A stretch of DNA of 61,657 bases, the filler included, from Dugesia japonica (taxonomy: Eukaryota), in assembly GCA_001938525.1 (NCBI GenBank). It is 5 parts of 5 records of this genome, joined end to end, with 100 filler letters (N's around TTAATTAATTAA, not from the genome) between each part and the next. Parts side by side here need not be neighbours in the genome. Positions count along the whole stretch, not along the records: positions 1 to 10,389 come from MQRL01549895.1; positions 10,490 to 20,055 come from MQRL01608113.1; 3 more parts are not named here. One strand, 5' to 3'. Of this stretch, positions 1 through 14,235 are shown in pieces (positions within the stretch are counted from its first letter, which is position 1; each line of letters begins with the position of its first letter). The notes under the pieces were generated by a model, which did not search any database, was not told where the DNA came from, and saw only the letters and a list, made by a program, of their open reading frames with translations. A program made the position numbers and the translations under genes.

Positions 1-305
1 TTTTTTCTTCAGTAAACTCTTTATTTGTAAATAATCGTTTTACTAACTCTTTTACATTTCTAAAATAAACTTGATTTTCTTCATTTCCACGCCTGTAGTT
101 AATCAAATTTTGAAAATCTTTGATAACATCTTTCTGTTTCTCAAATACCATGCGTAAGCGAACCTGAAAACCTTCAGCTTTTTTCAACGTCTTTGCATAT
201 TCTTCCAACAAATCTTCATCTAGCAGACAAGAGATTAATCTCTCCTGTTGTTTCCCATGAGTGATGTTTTTAGCTTCAAAATACAATTTACATCGCTTGA
301 TAAAT
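1..305 (-). mobile_element. Gag-like remnant of an LTR retrotransposon
   Basis: The minus strand reads FIKRCKLYFEAKNITHGKQQERLISCLLDEDLLEEY..., which resembles Gypsy gag N-termini. Truncated by the gap and the window edge. Confidence 0.35.
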
Positions 306-734
306 TTCTNNNNNNNNNNNNNNNNNNNNNNNNNNNNNNNNNNNNNNNNNNNNNNNNNNNNNNNNNNNNNNNNNNNNNNNNNNNNNNNNNNNNNNNNNNN
401 NNNNNNNNNNNNNNNNNNNNNNNNNNNNNNNNNNNNNNNNNNNNNNNNNNNNNNNNNNNNNNNNNNNNNNNNNNNNNNNNNNNNNNNNNAACTAAATAAT
501 AATATTTAGTTATCTCAATTCTTATTGGCTGAAATTAATAATTAATAATTATTTCCTCATAGTTCAAAACGGTTTGATGATGAATAATGAGATCCTTACC
601 GATTTCATGGCTGCTTATATGCCTGTCATCCTCCAATTTCTGAATGATTTGATCCATTTTTTGACATATTGGTCGGGCAGAACGATGTTCATTTTAACGT
701 TAAAATTAATTAATTTGGTCAGATCAATGTAAAC

Positions 735-1214
735 AAAGTTTTTAAGCTTTAAAACGAGAATTAATGAAGGCTCCTATACTTATTTATCCAAAGAATTCAT
801 ACTAGATACAGATGCTAGCTTTGATACAATTGGTGTTATCACAGTTAGAAGAACAAAGCAACGAACGGGTTATAGCTTATGGATTATAAGCAATGAGTAA
901 GCATGAATTAGGTTATTGTATAACCAGAAAACATTTAATATTGGTGACGAAGTTTTAATTAAAAGAAGAAGTTCATATAAAAATGAAAACCAATATGTAG
1001 GACAAATTACAACGTATTAATGGTAAAATAAATAATAAGAAATATTGAATGGCTAAAACACTTTTAAAGGGAGGAATGTGAGATTTAACTAAGAATATTA
1101 TAATATTTTTATATTGCCCTCTAGAAGAACAAATTGGCATATGTATGTGATAATAGGTGAATGAATGATTGACTTTTTGAATTTGTTTGATTGTAGTGGT
1201 CAGACATTATTACA
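735..1214 (+). mobile_element. Gypsy remnant: RNase H fragment fused to integrase C-terminus, PPT and start of 3' LTR
   Basis: Frameshifted LKRELMKAPILIYP..EFILDTDASFDTIG..ERVIAYG..SKHELGYCITRK, then FNIGDEVLIK..RNIEWLKHF*. A polypurine tract AAAGGGAGGAA (1066-1076) is followed directly by TGTG at 1077. Confidence 0.75.
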
Positions 1215-2088
1215 TAACCGATTTCTCAAAAGCTATATATATTTGTTACAGTGTCATTTTGTGAATAAAATATATTTCATGCTAAACTGGTTTCTTGTGA
1301 CTGGATTATATTTGTCGGATCTGTATCCTAATAAAATTTGATATTAACTGGATATAAACATTTGATTAGGTCATAATATTATGTTGTTTAATTATAGTTT
1401 AAAATGATAAACAAACAATATTGGTTATAGGTAAGAAAAAGTCATTAAAAATTATAAATCTATCATTTGCCATTGGAGTATTATTAGAATAAAATCTCAT
1501 GGATGTCCTCACCGAATTTTCAGAACTGGTCAATTTCTTGAAAACTACCGAGGAAAGATTATTGNTGATAATTATTATTTTTATCTCCCGACGCATAGAT
1601 CAATTAAGGATTTATGCATATCTAAGTTTATAATCAACATTGTGATTAATATTTTTCACTTTGTAATGTTGTTGTAATAACTTTGTGTTGCATGTTTGAA
1701 GACTTACTTTTTTATGATTAATGAGTTCATTTACTCTCGTTTTCATTGTTAATCGGTTTGTAGAATTCAAAAGACTTCGTTTTAAAAACCTAAATTTTTT
1801 AAGTAAAAGAATTATATTTCATTACTTTATTTATTCAAACAAAATAATTATTTTATAAAAAACAAATACAATTTGAAAAGGCAATTCTAACTTTCAAAAT
1901 ATTTTTTATTTATAAATTTATCTTCATAAATTATAACGATAAATTTTATGATATTTAAAATTTCCAATATTAATATTAATAACTTCAAAACTATATTTTC
2001 ATTACAAACTTAATTTTTAATTTAATTTAATTCATCAATTTTTAAAAATATTACAAAAATGTAAATATTTAAAATTTGAACTCTTTAC

Positions 2089-2193
2089 TTAATCTTTCGT
2101 TACACTGATTAATTCTGATTATACAAGAAATAGCTGGACTGCTTTCATTGAAATTAGTTATTCCATGAATGTAATTAAAATGAATAACAATCT
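2089..2193 (-). CDS. Candidate host internal exon, unknown protein
   Basis: Polypyrimidine tract with TTTACAG acceptor, 105-nt open frame (IVIHFNYIHGITNFNESSPAISCIIRINQCNERL) and GTAAAG donor. Other GT-AG-bounded candidates lie near 1708-1789 and 2597-2637, but the phases do not join cleanly. Confidence 0.3.
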
Positions 2194-3199
2194 CTGTAAA
2201 ATAAATAATAAAAAAAAAATAATAATAATAATAAACAATTACTTTTTCTAATAACTTTTCTGTGAAACACAAAAGGACAAAATTGGTTTTATTAAAATTA
2301 TTTTTAAATATATTTTGTAGTTTTTATATTTGTATAAAACTTGAAGAACTCCTATTTTATTTTATATTTTATTTTCAACTATGCATATTCGTTGGCTAAA
2401 ATGAAAATTATTTTATTATCTATCAGAACGATTTCCTTTGGAGACATGTAATTTATCTCGGAGGCTAATGTATTTCGGTAATTTTATTTAGTGTCTAGGA
2501 AATCCTATAACATGCATCCATTTTGAGATTTCCAGTATAATTTTCACAATATTGTTTGTTAGTAATTACTTTAGAATAAAATATTTGACAATTTACCTGG
2601 TAGTTGATTTAGTTTTCAAGGTCCCAATGTGCAACATTTTAATTCGTGTTTGAAAATAATCAAAGCAGTAAAAATGTAATTATTAATTTAATATTTTGTC
2701 ATCGGTTTTAATTTATTAGTATAATTGTATGACAAAATATACGAGCGAAGTTATAGTAATTAAAACTACTAACAGTTGTTTCAATTTAATAAGTGATTGC
2801 CTCAATTTAGTAAATGTTTTATTATTAACTTTCTTTGTATTTTTGTTTTTAAGATTTGTATGATTAACTTGAGTTTTAGAATTTAGCAAAGAGAAATAGG
2901 CACTAATGTCATTTCATTGTCATGTTAGGATGTCCATCGGTTTCTACAAGATGTATATCCCGAATTTTATCATAAATCAACTTTTTTATAATAAACTGAG
3001 ATTATCACTTAGTAGATTGAAATATGAAAATTGGGCCTATATTATAACATTTATGTGTATGTATGTTCGCACAAATGTTTTCTATTGCAAGGCAGACCAA
3101 GTATTAAGGTATCAATTCAAGGAAATAAACTCGAATGACTATTAGATACAGGGGCGTGAATTAATGTTATGAGTTTGAGTTGTTTTAATAAATTACGAT

Positions 3200-4010
3200 A
3201 ACTGCATTTAAAAATGAGCGATGGAAGACTGCGTTGTGCAAACGATAGTACTTTTGAAATTATTGAGAAAGTTAGAACCGGAATTATAATTGACAAAGTT
3301 TGGAAAGAGGTTACTTTCTTGGTTACAGGAAAGTGAAACTAGGTCTGATTGGAGGAATAGTTGTGTAGAAGATTTTTGGGGACCAGCTTTTACGAAAATT
3401 TGATAGTGAAACGGATGAAAAAGTTGAAAATTACAATTGTAATATTGAAGCAAAATTTGGGCGACAAATTTAAAAGGCAGAGCGATTGACAAGAGCCTTA
3501 AATACTTTGAAAATTAAAGACGACCAATGGTTATTGAACATAATTGGAAATAAAAAGGTTTTCATGGCAGATAATAAGATGCAAGACGCAAGACATCTGA
3601 TAAAACACAAACTAATTACATATGATGAGCCGATAACCATAAAATTGTACAGGCAACCAATGAACTAGAAGGCTAAAATTTAAGAAGCTATAATGAACCT
3701 TTTTGAGAATAATATTATCCGGAATTGCAAGTCTTCATGATTTTTGTTTCGAAAAAAGAAAATAAAGGCATAGGAATATGCTTAGATTTCAGGCGGTTGA
3801 GTGTAATGTCAAAAATATAACCCTTTCATATGCTTAACGTTGATGAAGTGCTGGACAAATTGGATGGAGCAAAATATTTCAGTTTAATATATTTGTGAGA
3901 TACGTACTATAAAACAGAGTAAGAAGATAAATCTCAAGAAAAATGGCGTTTTCAACAAAGCAATGCAATATTGTTTATAATATAATGCCATTTTAATATC
4001 AAACAGCTCC
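3200..4010 (+). mobile_element. Gypsy pol remnant (protease linker to RT N-half)
   Basis: IKHKLIT..EPITIKLYRQP, GICLDFRRL, LNVDEVLDKLDGAKYFS, IMPF..TAP motifs with many stops and frameshifts. Confidence 0.8.
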
Positions 4011-7000
4011 GCCTCTCATTCCGCGTAAATTTTGATCAAGTTTGTCATTAGGTGATTAGCCTGCCGCAATGATGTTTTGTCGGTTTTTGTGTTGGAGCCG
4101 TTTGGATTCAGATTTACTGTACCTCTGCTTAAGTTTCAGGATTTCTGCTCGCATCACTTGTCGTTCCTTTTTCCACTTCATTTACAACATAAGGAGATCA
4201 TTTTTATCGGTACTACCCTCCTTTTCTTTCGACGCTAAATTAATAATAAACGATAAGCATTCACCAACATTTCACACTACCATTTGACGATATTTCAATT
4301 ACAAATCAAAATTTACTAGTCTGAATTATTGACACGCCCTAGTTGTAATTTAGATTATTGTACTCAATTCTAATTTATTCTCGAATAAATAAAATTAAAA
4401 ATCACTGACATTTTCAGCTAATTACCTCAATATCTCATCATTTATGTCGACTTACCAATTTGATATTTGATCAACATTCAATAATTGGCCTCACATTCCA
4501 CTGTCTCTGCAGTATAACCAAAACCAAATCGATAAGAATAAATAAAAAAATCCAATTGTAACCTACATATCACTTCGGTTTAGATTTCAAGATGGAGGCA
4601 AAACTAAGATTATATATTATATTATAATTTGTTGTCAAATTCATTAATTCTTGTAAAATTTTCAACTGTTTTTCATTTTCTTTTGTTCTGCTAACTCATT
4701 TTTCAGTGCTCGCATAATTTTCTCGTTTGGATCTTGCCCTCATAAAAGTTTCTTTCAATATCGCCTCATAAACATTGTGCATGCAATCATGCTACAGTTC
4801 CATTATCTGGATGCTATTTTTTACTGCCAAATTGTAACTTAACCGTCTCTTATTCAGTTTCCAGGTCCTGCCTTTTTAGGCTACTGTATTATCGCTCCTT
4901 TGTTAACATGACCTAAATTTCTGACCATACGATATAATAGAAAGAATCCTCTTTCAAATATGGCCAAATATAGTTATTTAATTTTCCATAATATTTACTC
5001 AATTCGTTCATCTATTATTTAAATTATTAATTATAGACATCAAACTTGTTTTAGTAGAAATATTAATAACGACTTAAGCAAAAAATTATATTTAAATGCC
5101 GCTTCTTTTTTATTTGCTAAATTTCAGAATGCATCCATTAAGTTTAAATTTAGAAGATTATTATTTAATATAAAAATAAATAAAAGAAAATAAAATAAAA
5201 AGTATTTCTTTAAACAATAAAATTTGAATGATTTATTCCTATTTAACATTATTATTATTAACAGGATTGCCCGTAAATCAAAAGAAAAATAATACTATGC
5301 ATTGATTTAAATTGTAAAATGCATAGGAAATCGACAATGATCGAGCGCCCTTGTATTTATGATCGCGTTAAATTAGTCTTGCTGGTGATTAATCATCTTC
5401 GTCCACTTTTCAATCCATTTCAATCAATTTGTAACCTGACTTTTTATTTCGATGTAATCTCAATTTCGACCAACTTTCAATCAGTATTATTTTATTTCGA
5501 TTCGTTGATGGAACATGATCTTTTCTGACGGTTCCCCGTATTGTCACTCGAATTAATAGTTTAAAATTATAGAAAGTTGAATTAAAATGACTTTTATTAG
5601 TTATTGAGCTTCTCACTAAAGTCACTGTAATTTATACACAAATAAACTCGTTAGATTTCGTAAGATTGTTAAACGGTAATCGCAAAAATAAATTTTTATT
5701 CTACTTTAGCTTCTTTTGACTACTCTTTTGATGAATTCTGGTTTTATCATTTCGCGATAACTGATGAATGTGATCTCATTAGTCTGTCAATCATCTTTAT
5801 ATGGAATTTTGTCAATTACTTATTACACTTATTACGTGCATTTGTGTATCAACCCACTGTGTCAAGCAAGTCTCAACTTGCAATTCAACACCACTCATCT
5901 TATTATTTGGTTAGTGACATGGAATTGGGAAAATCCAAATTCTGTGACTGGCTTGGTAATCTTCTGTCAAATTCTGTATGAATCATATGTCTGTATCTTC
6001 AAGTCTTGGGATTTTCTAAATTTCAGAATGAAGCAAATGCCTAGACCCGTAATAATTTAGAAGTTAATTAAGATAATCGTATAATAAAAATACGAAATTT
6101 ATAAGTAGTACACTGAAAAACAAGATCACAGAGACTATTCTACCTTTATAAGTGAAATAAGTGATGTCTAAAAATATTAGTTGTGATTTGGAAAATTAAT
6201 TACCAATTGAAGATTTACCTAACAATAATAATAGTAATATTAATGTTTGGTTGAAGCACCATAAGAACAAATTTTAAGCAATCAATAATAAAATTAGAAT
6301 TAAAGAAGAAGTCATTCGTAATTAATTTAATAAAAAAATAATCCAAAGAAATGAAAAATAAAGAAAATAAATACAGGCTGTAATTAAAAGATGAAATATA
6401 AAGAACAAAGATCAATTATGGAAGAATTACTATAAAAATTAATTTAATTCCAATGAGATGAGATAAAAAATAAAATATTTAATTAATTAAATTCATAAGA
6501 ACAAAGGACAATTAACGAGAAAAGAATAGAAAGTTAGAAAGAAAGAAAATAAAAAAAGTTCATTTAATGGGAAAATGCTAGGGTAAGAAAAATTGGACAG
6601 GGCCTAATGAAAGTAATCTGATTCGGTTTATTCTATAAGCAAAACTCCCTTAGGAAGGTAAGGAAAGAGGTATCAAAGATGGGCTGATAAAAATTCAGAA
6701 AAAAGAGCAAGAACAAAGAAAAGATTAAGAATAGAGAAATGATAAAAATAAGGACCAATCAGATCGTAAAGAAAGGATGGTACGATCAGCCAGCCAATAG
6801 AAAGGGAGTTAGGGTGCGAAAAGAATGGTAATTAAAAAAACTGAAATTTAGAAGAATGTTTAATTTTGATCTTAATTTGAAGTGAAAAAGTGCCATAACC
6901 CTTTTTTTGAAAATCAAACCGTTGCAGATTCAATTTGAAAAGAAGCAATTGTGTTGTTTATTTTTATGCTATTGTAATCTAATAATAATTATAGATGTAT

Positions 7001-9459
7001 AAAATATTAAATACTTCTTTCCAATTCCATCAAGTGAAATTATCTTTAAAATTTTATCCAGTTAGAAACTGCTATCGAGTTTATTTAGACATATTTTTTC
7101 TTGCTCAACAACCGATTGTCCATTATACATCTTCACACAAAATAACTACGTTGTATTCAAAACAAAATTCTTCCTCACTAATCCTCAATAAAGCCACTAA
7201 CGCAATCATTACACAGTTCATTACTATAGCACAAATATATTATCTTGTTACTCCTAACAATAAGGCTACATTATTATTATACCAATAAAACTAGAACATT
7301 CAGTACTATCTTTAATTTTAGCAGATATTCTCAATTTTCTCATACTTTGACATCACAAAATAGAATTCCTATGTTATCTAAAATTACAATTAATGATTTC
7401 AATAAACTGTCGGTTTGATATTCACCACGGCAAAATGCCGATGAATGATTCTTTACATTGACACGCAGAACTGATAGTTAAGCTAGGATGAGCATGTTCA
7501 TTAAATTTTTTATGACGAACCTAGTCTGCAGTAAGTACTAAAGATAAAATTGTCGTGTTAACTCTCCTAACGAAAATAAGAGAAACCTGTTGAATTCCAA
7601 ACCTGTGCGAGCCATTGAACCTCAACAGGCGTTGCCATAGTCATCTGCTAATTAACTCATTTGTCTACACTGTGATTATATGATCGTTGATGGCTAATTT
7701 TATTAGTGCTAATATTTTGTTATTTGGATTATTAGGATTATTACCATTACACCTACTATTATCATAATTAGCACTACTAATGGCCATCACATAATTATGT
7801 GGAGCATTACCAATTAACAAACTAAAATACTCCACACACCGATGTGACGAACACAGATAACTTTGAAGGAAATTATTACAAGCCATTGAGATTATTCATT
7901 ACCGCGTGTGTTATAGACATTTGAATTTCCTAATTTCATTCATAACTATTTTATGGTTATTATCGAGGAGATTATTAAATTGGTAATTGTTATTGCAATT
8001 ATTATTAATAGTATCGTTGTTCTTTTTAGCTTTATTATTATTGCAAATATTAAGGTTACTCTGATCACCACTGGGATGACAATTACTCCCTTGGCATTAT
8101 CATCATTACTTTTATGATGATTATTATTAGTATTATTATCATTTATATTAGTAATATTATTATTTCCTTATATAATTAATTAAAATGAATATGATGCTGC
8201 AATGCATAGTATCTTATTGAAATAAATTATATTTCAATAAAATGAATCACCCGATTGCACGATTTATAAAATTCACCGTCCGCATCCAGTCAATCTTACC
8301 TTTTAAGAAATGTGGTATAAAACCGACCTAGAAATAGTAATTCGTGCTGAGTAATTTTTTTTTTCATATGGTTAGAGCAATAATAATTTTATGAACAATT
8401 CTTTTGTGGAATTTGATACTTTTCGATGATTAAAGGAAAGATTCGACAATTAATCTACTGGTTATTCTTGTTATTATCAGTACTATTGCCAATAATTGCG
8501 TTACGATTTTGATTATGATTATTACCATTAAACCTGATTCGTGTTCTTATGGTTGGCGTCGTAATTAATTATTACTATAAACGATAAATTTAGAACTATC
8601 CTCATGACCACAAAGTGTTAAAATTTTAGTATTACAGATTCTAAGGAACAAACGCTTAAATCTTGGTTATAAAATGATTCCTACTCTTCGTAATATTCTT
8701 ATTATACAAAACTTTTATTCTTATCGTTAGCATAAGCAATATTCTAATCATTGCGGCCGTTATTACTCTTATTGACGTCTTTAATATTACTGTCGTTAAC
8801 ACCTTTAAAGTCATTATCATCATTATAATAATTAAGAAAATAAGAATTAACACACATATTCGAAATCAAATAATTCATGCTTAATGAGTTTAATTTTCGG
8901 AGAATTGAGACATTCCCAGCTTCCCACATTTAGTTTTCAAGATTATCTATCACGAACTCAAATTAGCTCGGCTCTATCAGTTGTTGATTCATTTGTTATA
9001 CACAAAAGTGGTAGAGCAACTGGTTAAGCAGATTTCGCGGAGATGTTCCCTCCAGACCTATCAACGGAACCGGGATAAAATAAATTAATTGTTATTATTC
9101 AATAAATTTAGTATTTATCTAATTAAATCTTCTTGATTTATTATTTTAAAATATGACCAACCACAAAGAGTATGAATGCTGTTTCCCCTAAAGAAGGGCA
9201 GGAAAGTTTTCAACCGGTGGAAAATTCGTTCAACCGGGATGTTGGCATTCTGGTAGATAGTCAAATACTCTCCCCAAAAGATCAAATCCAGTCGTGATTT
9301 GATCTTTGGTACCTTCGTTTGGTACAGTCGTTTGTAGTGGTACCTTCACTGGTATTGGCGCCGGATAACTATTATATATACCGGCCAGTAGTAGAATAAG
9401 TGCGCATTTGAACAAAGACTCACCCCAGATAGAAATTTGTTTTGCGGCTTCAATCTGAT

Positions 9460-10340
9460 TAACTACACACATGCTTCCTGCGATTAGATTGGTCGAAAAT
9501 TTTAGGTGTGATAACGTAATTGTGGCAGTAATACTTCAATTTGATAAGTCGAAATTGTGTGTGTGTGTTGATGACGTCACAATTATGTAATGATTGCGAA
9601 ATAATTTTTTTAATTGATGGCTTTTTATGATTTTTTTTGTTTAAATAAGGTGTAATTAATTATTTTTCTTTAAATTAAGTTACTTTAATGATTTTTGGTT
9701 AAGTTAAAGGGAATTATTTCTATTTTTGGCTTAATTAGTTGAAATTATTGATATTTTTCTTTAAATTAAGGGAAAATAATGATTATTAAAAGTAAATTTT
9801 ACCCGGGATATATTAATATTTGTCGCACAAAGCAATATTAACATTAAATATTTCTCGGACAATATTAACATTAGTTGCTTGGGTGTCATACAATTAAATG
9901 TTCAGTGGCTCATACTATTAGTTGTTTCAGGGCTCATACTAACAGAATTCTATTGGTTCAAACTCTTGGCTGCACCCGAAATTAGATTCTCCGACATTAA
10001 ATGATCTCTGAACAAACTATTCAATGTTAAACTAATGAATATTAATATTCTTTCAACGAATTAAAGATTTAATGTTTCAGGGTTTATGCTATGAGATGTT
10101 CGTTGAAAACATTAGTTGTTACTGGGTAGCAAACTAGATTTACAAACTAGACAGATACTAGAGGTGTCTATCGGTACGCACTATTGGCTGTAACCAATAT
10201 TAGATGCTCCCTAAAGAAACTATTCAATGCTCCTGACATTAGATGTTCTCAGTTCCATTAATATTAGCTGATCACCCGAAGAAATGATTACTATCCTAAG
10301 GAAAATCATTCTTAATATTTATGTTTAAGTAAAATTGCTC
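9460..10340 (+). repeat. Maverick-type TIR-like sequence (left; extreme terminus not seen) with degenerate subterminal repeat array
   Basis: 9833-9874 CAATATTAACATTAAATATTTCTCGGACAATATTAACATTAG closely matches the reverse complement of 16553-16594. It is also colinear with the second Maverick end at 23276-23810. Repeated ATTAG(A/T)TG(T/C)T motifs run through 9870-10270. Confidence 0.6.
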
Positions 10341-10667
10341 TTCGTCTTAGAATAAATAATGAAATCAGTATATTATTTGTATTCTAAGTNNNNNNNNNNN
10401 NNNNNNNNNNNNNNNNNNNNNNNNNNNNNNNNNTTAATTAATTAANNNNNNNNNNNNNNNNNNNNNNNNNNNNNNNNNNNNNNNNNNNNTTTTATTTTAA
10501 ATGAATTCTGTAAAACGATCAATGGTTATGTTCAACAATTATTCTCGCAATAATTGCAATTGTTTGTTTTTAACATTCTATTTTCAATTAAGTCCTAAGA
10601 AAAACAACTCGATCATTTATACTGCCTAATTCATTATTTCTTTCAAGGTCAAATTATTTCTAAACAA

Positions 10668-10920
10668 TAATGGAATCCAGATTAAGCTTTTTGGAAGAAA
10701 ACTTATTTCAAAATTATATTAGACGCTTGAAAATGTAACTGAAGTACAAAGATAATTTAGGAGGAAGTTTCAAAGACTTAGAATGTTTGAAAAGAACAAT
10801 CTGGATGATCGCTGGTTTTTTTAAAAAAAATCGAAAATCTGAAAGAAACCCATCAAAATCCCAAGCTCAGAAATCTTAATGTTAAAATAAAAATTAAATC
10901 TTCATTTTTGGAACTATTTG
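10668..10920 (+). mobile_element. Tc1/mariner-superfamily transposase N-terminal HTH fragment
   Basis: ENVTEVQR*FRRKFQ motif typical of DUF4817-type transposase HTH; heavily deleted. Confidence 0.4.
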
Positions 10921-11821
10921 GCAACTAGAAATTTTTAAATTGGATTTTTTCTATCCATTATATTGAGTTCAATTATTTATTTGATTATAATAAAAATGAA
11001 GTAAAAATGACGATTTAGTCACATAGCCAGGACAAAAATCGGAATAATTATCATATATGAAAATAATTATTCAAAAATCTATACAACATCCGGAGAAATA
11101 AGGCAAAGAATCTCAATGATTGCACGAATATGAGTAATTGAATCTGAAATTAGAGGAAGATAATATTGACAATTAAATCAGAAAGGTTTCTTTTAATGTT
11201 CCGAGTTTATTGATCAAATAAAGAGAAAGTTGGTTCAATTAATGACAAGATTTAAAAATATAACACTAGAAAATAGTTGGAAAAAAAGATGATGACCAGA
11301 TTTTGGTGCAATTATATTTGTATTATTGTTAGGGTATTAATAAAATATATAATATAATCAAATTAATATTTTCTTTAGATTTACGTATTAATATGACAAC
11401 TTTCAATATTTGGGAGATAGTTTATAATCCTAACATTTCAGGAATTCTGTAATAAAGTTGACAAACACTTTAAACTTTAGAGTTCGTATTTGTTTGAAAT
11501 GGTATCAGAAAGAAAAACTGCATGATTACAGGAGAAAATAATTTAATGCATCATGTTCTTCCAATCCCTGCATTGTCAAAATAATAGTTTAGGCGTTACA
11601 GTGTATTATTAATGGGCATTTAAATCTATCTGATTCTGTTGATTATTTTATAGATTTTATTGATACATCAATAGATGGAGAAATCGATAAATATTTATTC
11701 TTTTTATTCTTTTTTATTCCTAAGGAGTGCACTGCCTTACATACAGTTTTCCTACAAAGTATTGCAATTCTTCCACGGCTTGACTAGTACTATAAAATGA
11801 GATGAAATCTGGATTAGACAT

Positions 11822-12855
11822 TTTTTTTCGAAAATGTAGTGTTAAATGAGTTTTTGAGTCTTAGACAAAATTGATTAAATTTCCGTTATCATCTCGTATA
11901 TTGATTTCAATATTGTTTATACACGATGTGGATATTAGTAAATACATTAGATCTTCAACAATTATTTGGACCACTTGATTATCTTCATACTTTTCCCACC
12001 ATATGGATTTCAACAGAGGAACACTAACATAGCAATAACAAGTTCAACAATGCTACTATAGATGAAAATTTGCTGATGATAATTCAACAATTTCAGTTTC
12101 TTAGGTGCAGTGAATTCAATAGCTCCTTGAGCTGCAATTATATCACCCCTGAAATACCTTTGATTGAATAATCCTACGGTTTTTGTTAGAATTCCATCAA
12201 ATTTTACACTTTAAACATTAACTAACAACGAAAATCTGAATGGTTCATCCTTTTTCAGATAAAGAGTTTTAAATATATCAAAACAATTTTCCGCAAAATA
12301 TTTATGTAACTGTTCCATTTCCATTATGTACAATTCATCTTTAAACTGAATGACATTGACAGTTTCTATTGAATAACATAACTTTATTTTTATGATTTCT
12401 ATTGAATCATCGTTTTTAAAAGTTTAAAAGAAAATAAACGTGTCTGCAATTTCAATGTCGTTATTTAAATTCTCAAATCCAAATCGTTTTGCATCTTCAA
12501 GATTTTCAAATTTCAATTCATTTTCATGATGCAGTAATTTGATATGCAAGTTTTCTTTTTCATATATTTGAATGATATCGTCATCACTGGTACTCAATCT
12601 TTTTTCCTTATTATCAATTGTAAAAAGTATTTTCATCCATTCGTCATTTCCTGATACGTATTCAATATTGGATTTACTATAAAACGGATAAGCTCAATAT
12701 ACAAAAGTGAAATCCATCAAAGCCACTTCCCATTGACCGTCCATATAAATTGGATTCTGAAGTTCGATAATGAAATTACTAGCATTGTTATCCAGATGAA
12801 TAAGCGGACAAATATTACTCTGTAATAGTGTATAGAAATTATTCGTTTTGCTCAT
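11822..12855 (-). pseudogene. Maverick minor capsid protein (penton, single jelly-roll)
   Basis: N-terminus MSKTNNFYTLLQSN..DNNASNFIIELQNPIYMDGQWEVALMDF. C-terminus VPLLKSI..MYLLISTSCINNIEINIRDDNGNLINF..THLTLHFRKK. Both are typical Polinton penton signatures; internal stops are present. Confidence 0.8.
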
Positions 12856-12859
12856 TTTT

Positions 12860-13923
12860 TTCTTCTTTGTTGAATTTACTATTTGAGATGCTGATATCCA
12901 AGTAGGTTTTTGTATCCATGCCATTTTATATATAATTGTTTATAATCTCATGTTCCCTTTAATTTTATAATCCTTTCAATTCTAAATACTATTCTAAATC
13001 TTTCTATTCTAAATATTGGTAGTGAAATTACTTGTAATTCTTATTCATAGAATTTTCCTTGAATGATGTTATCTTCATAGTCTTTAATCGCATACATAAT
13101 TGGATTCTGTTTGGTATTGATTTTCGATATTTGAAACACTTCATCACTCCAATTACTATCAAANTTTTTGATGAATGGTGAAGCTGATATCTTTGAGATT
13201 CTAACATGATCACCAACTTTATATTTTGGTTTATTAATTACTTTCGGTTTTTGTTTCAATAACCATGATTTCATTGAATTTTCAGATGATACATCAACAG
13301 GTCTTGCTCCATTTAATTCATTATGACTTGTATGATTATAGCTATGAATTATTTTTGGTAACACATATATCAATGTTTTATTTCTAGTATGTACAAAGTA
13401 CTTTTTCAATACATTTCTCAATGTTCGATCAAATCTTTCAACATATGCTGTTTTGTATTGAAATATACTGAATAGTGGTTAATCTTGAGATGTGAAATGA
13501 TATTCTTGACTTTAGAGTTGAAAAATTCCTTTCCCAAGTCAGTTAGTAAATTATCAGGATGTCAAACATTAACTTGATTGCATCTTCCATTTCATTTGCA
13601 GATTTTGACTTGACTGNNNNNNNNNNNNCAAATCTGCTAAACACGTCGATACATGTTAAAATGTACTTGTAACCTTTATTAATTTTTGAATAAGGTATCA
13701 TTTCCATCAAATCCATTTGCTATAAATCGTCAATACCAAATGTTTTATACGCTTTTGTTGGAAATCCTTTCAACATTGGTTTGTTTAGACTATACGCTAG
13801 TTGACCCGATAGCCACTTTTGTGTCCTGTCTTTCAAATTTTGTGTTGCTTTCCATAATATTTCCAATCCTTTGAATTTTGCTGGATTTTTTGGATCTGTC
13901 CATATCATCTCGGTTTTGTCCAT
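12860..13923 (-). pseudogene. Maverick retroviral-like (rve) integrase with C-terminal chromodomain
   Basis: WTDPKNPAKFKG..KWLSGQLAYSLNKP; QMDL (D1); YKYILTCIDVFSRF; TDLGKEFFN (D2); YVERFDRTL (E); YNHTSH; KYKVGDHVRIS; NWSDEVF; GKFYE; chromodomain YIKWHGY..PTWISASQI. Frameshifts and stops are present. Confidence 0.93.
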
Positions 13924-14009
13924 TACAACAATTTGATGCAAATCTTAGATTAATTCTTGGTAATGATTCTAAATTTCCCATTGTTTATATCAAATCTGAT
14001 ATATATTGC

Positions 14010-14235
14010 TTTTGCAAATTTTTTAGACCTAATGCAGCAATGTAATAGGTATTAATGCAGCGATAAAGCCACAATGTTGTTTTTATAATATTTTCTTTAT
14101 TAATTTCTTATTCTTGGTAAATACAAGTGGAACCAATGACTTTTTATGTTTTTCCAATTCCTGTTTTCTAACTTTGCTTATAACTACATTACCATGAACT
14201 ATGTTTACAATGATCTCTAGTAAATCGTCATAAAT
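14010..14235 (-). pseudogene. Small conserved Maverick protein (basic, C-terminal QxxGF hydrophobic motif)
   Basis: EIIVNIVHGNVVISKVRKQELEKHKKSL..KKIL*KQHCGFIAALIP matches the small NxLxGNV...QxGGFLxALL ORF that usually sits between ATPase and integrase. Here it is fused to the ATPase end. Confidence 0.6.

Noticed and set aside
7430-9000. Asn-rich short minus-strand ORFs
   Set aside because: Low-complexity AAT-derived sequence with frequent stops and no recognisable domain.
9870-10270. Repeat-spacer pattern as CRISPR
   Set aside because: Repeats are short and degenerate, spacers irregular, and the array lies in a Maverick TIR-like region.
10434-10445. TTAATTAATTAA islands between N runs (also ~20100, ~44020, ~53146)
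   Set aside because: An identical 12-mer with stops in all frames, embedded in gaps: a scaffolding linker, not biology.
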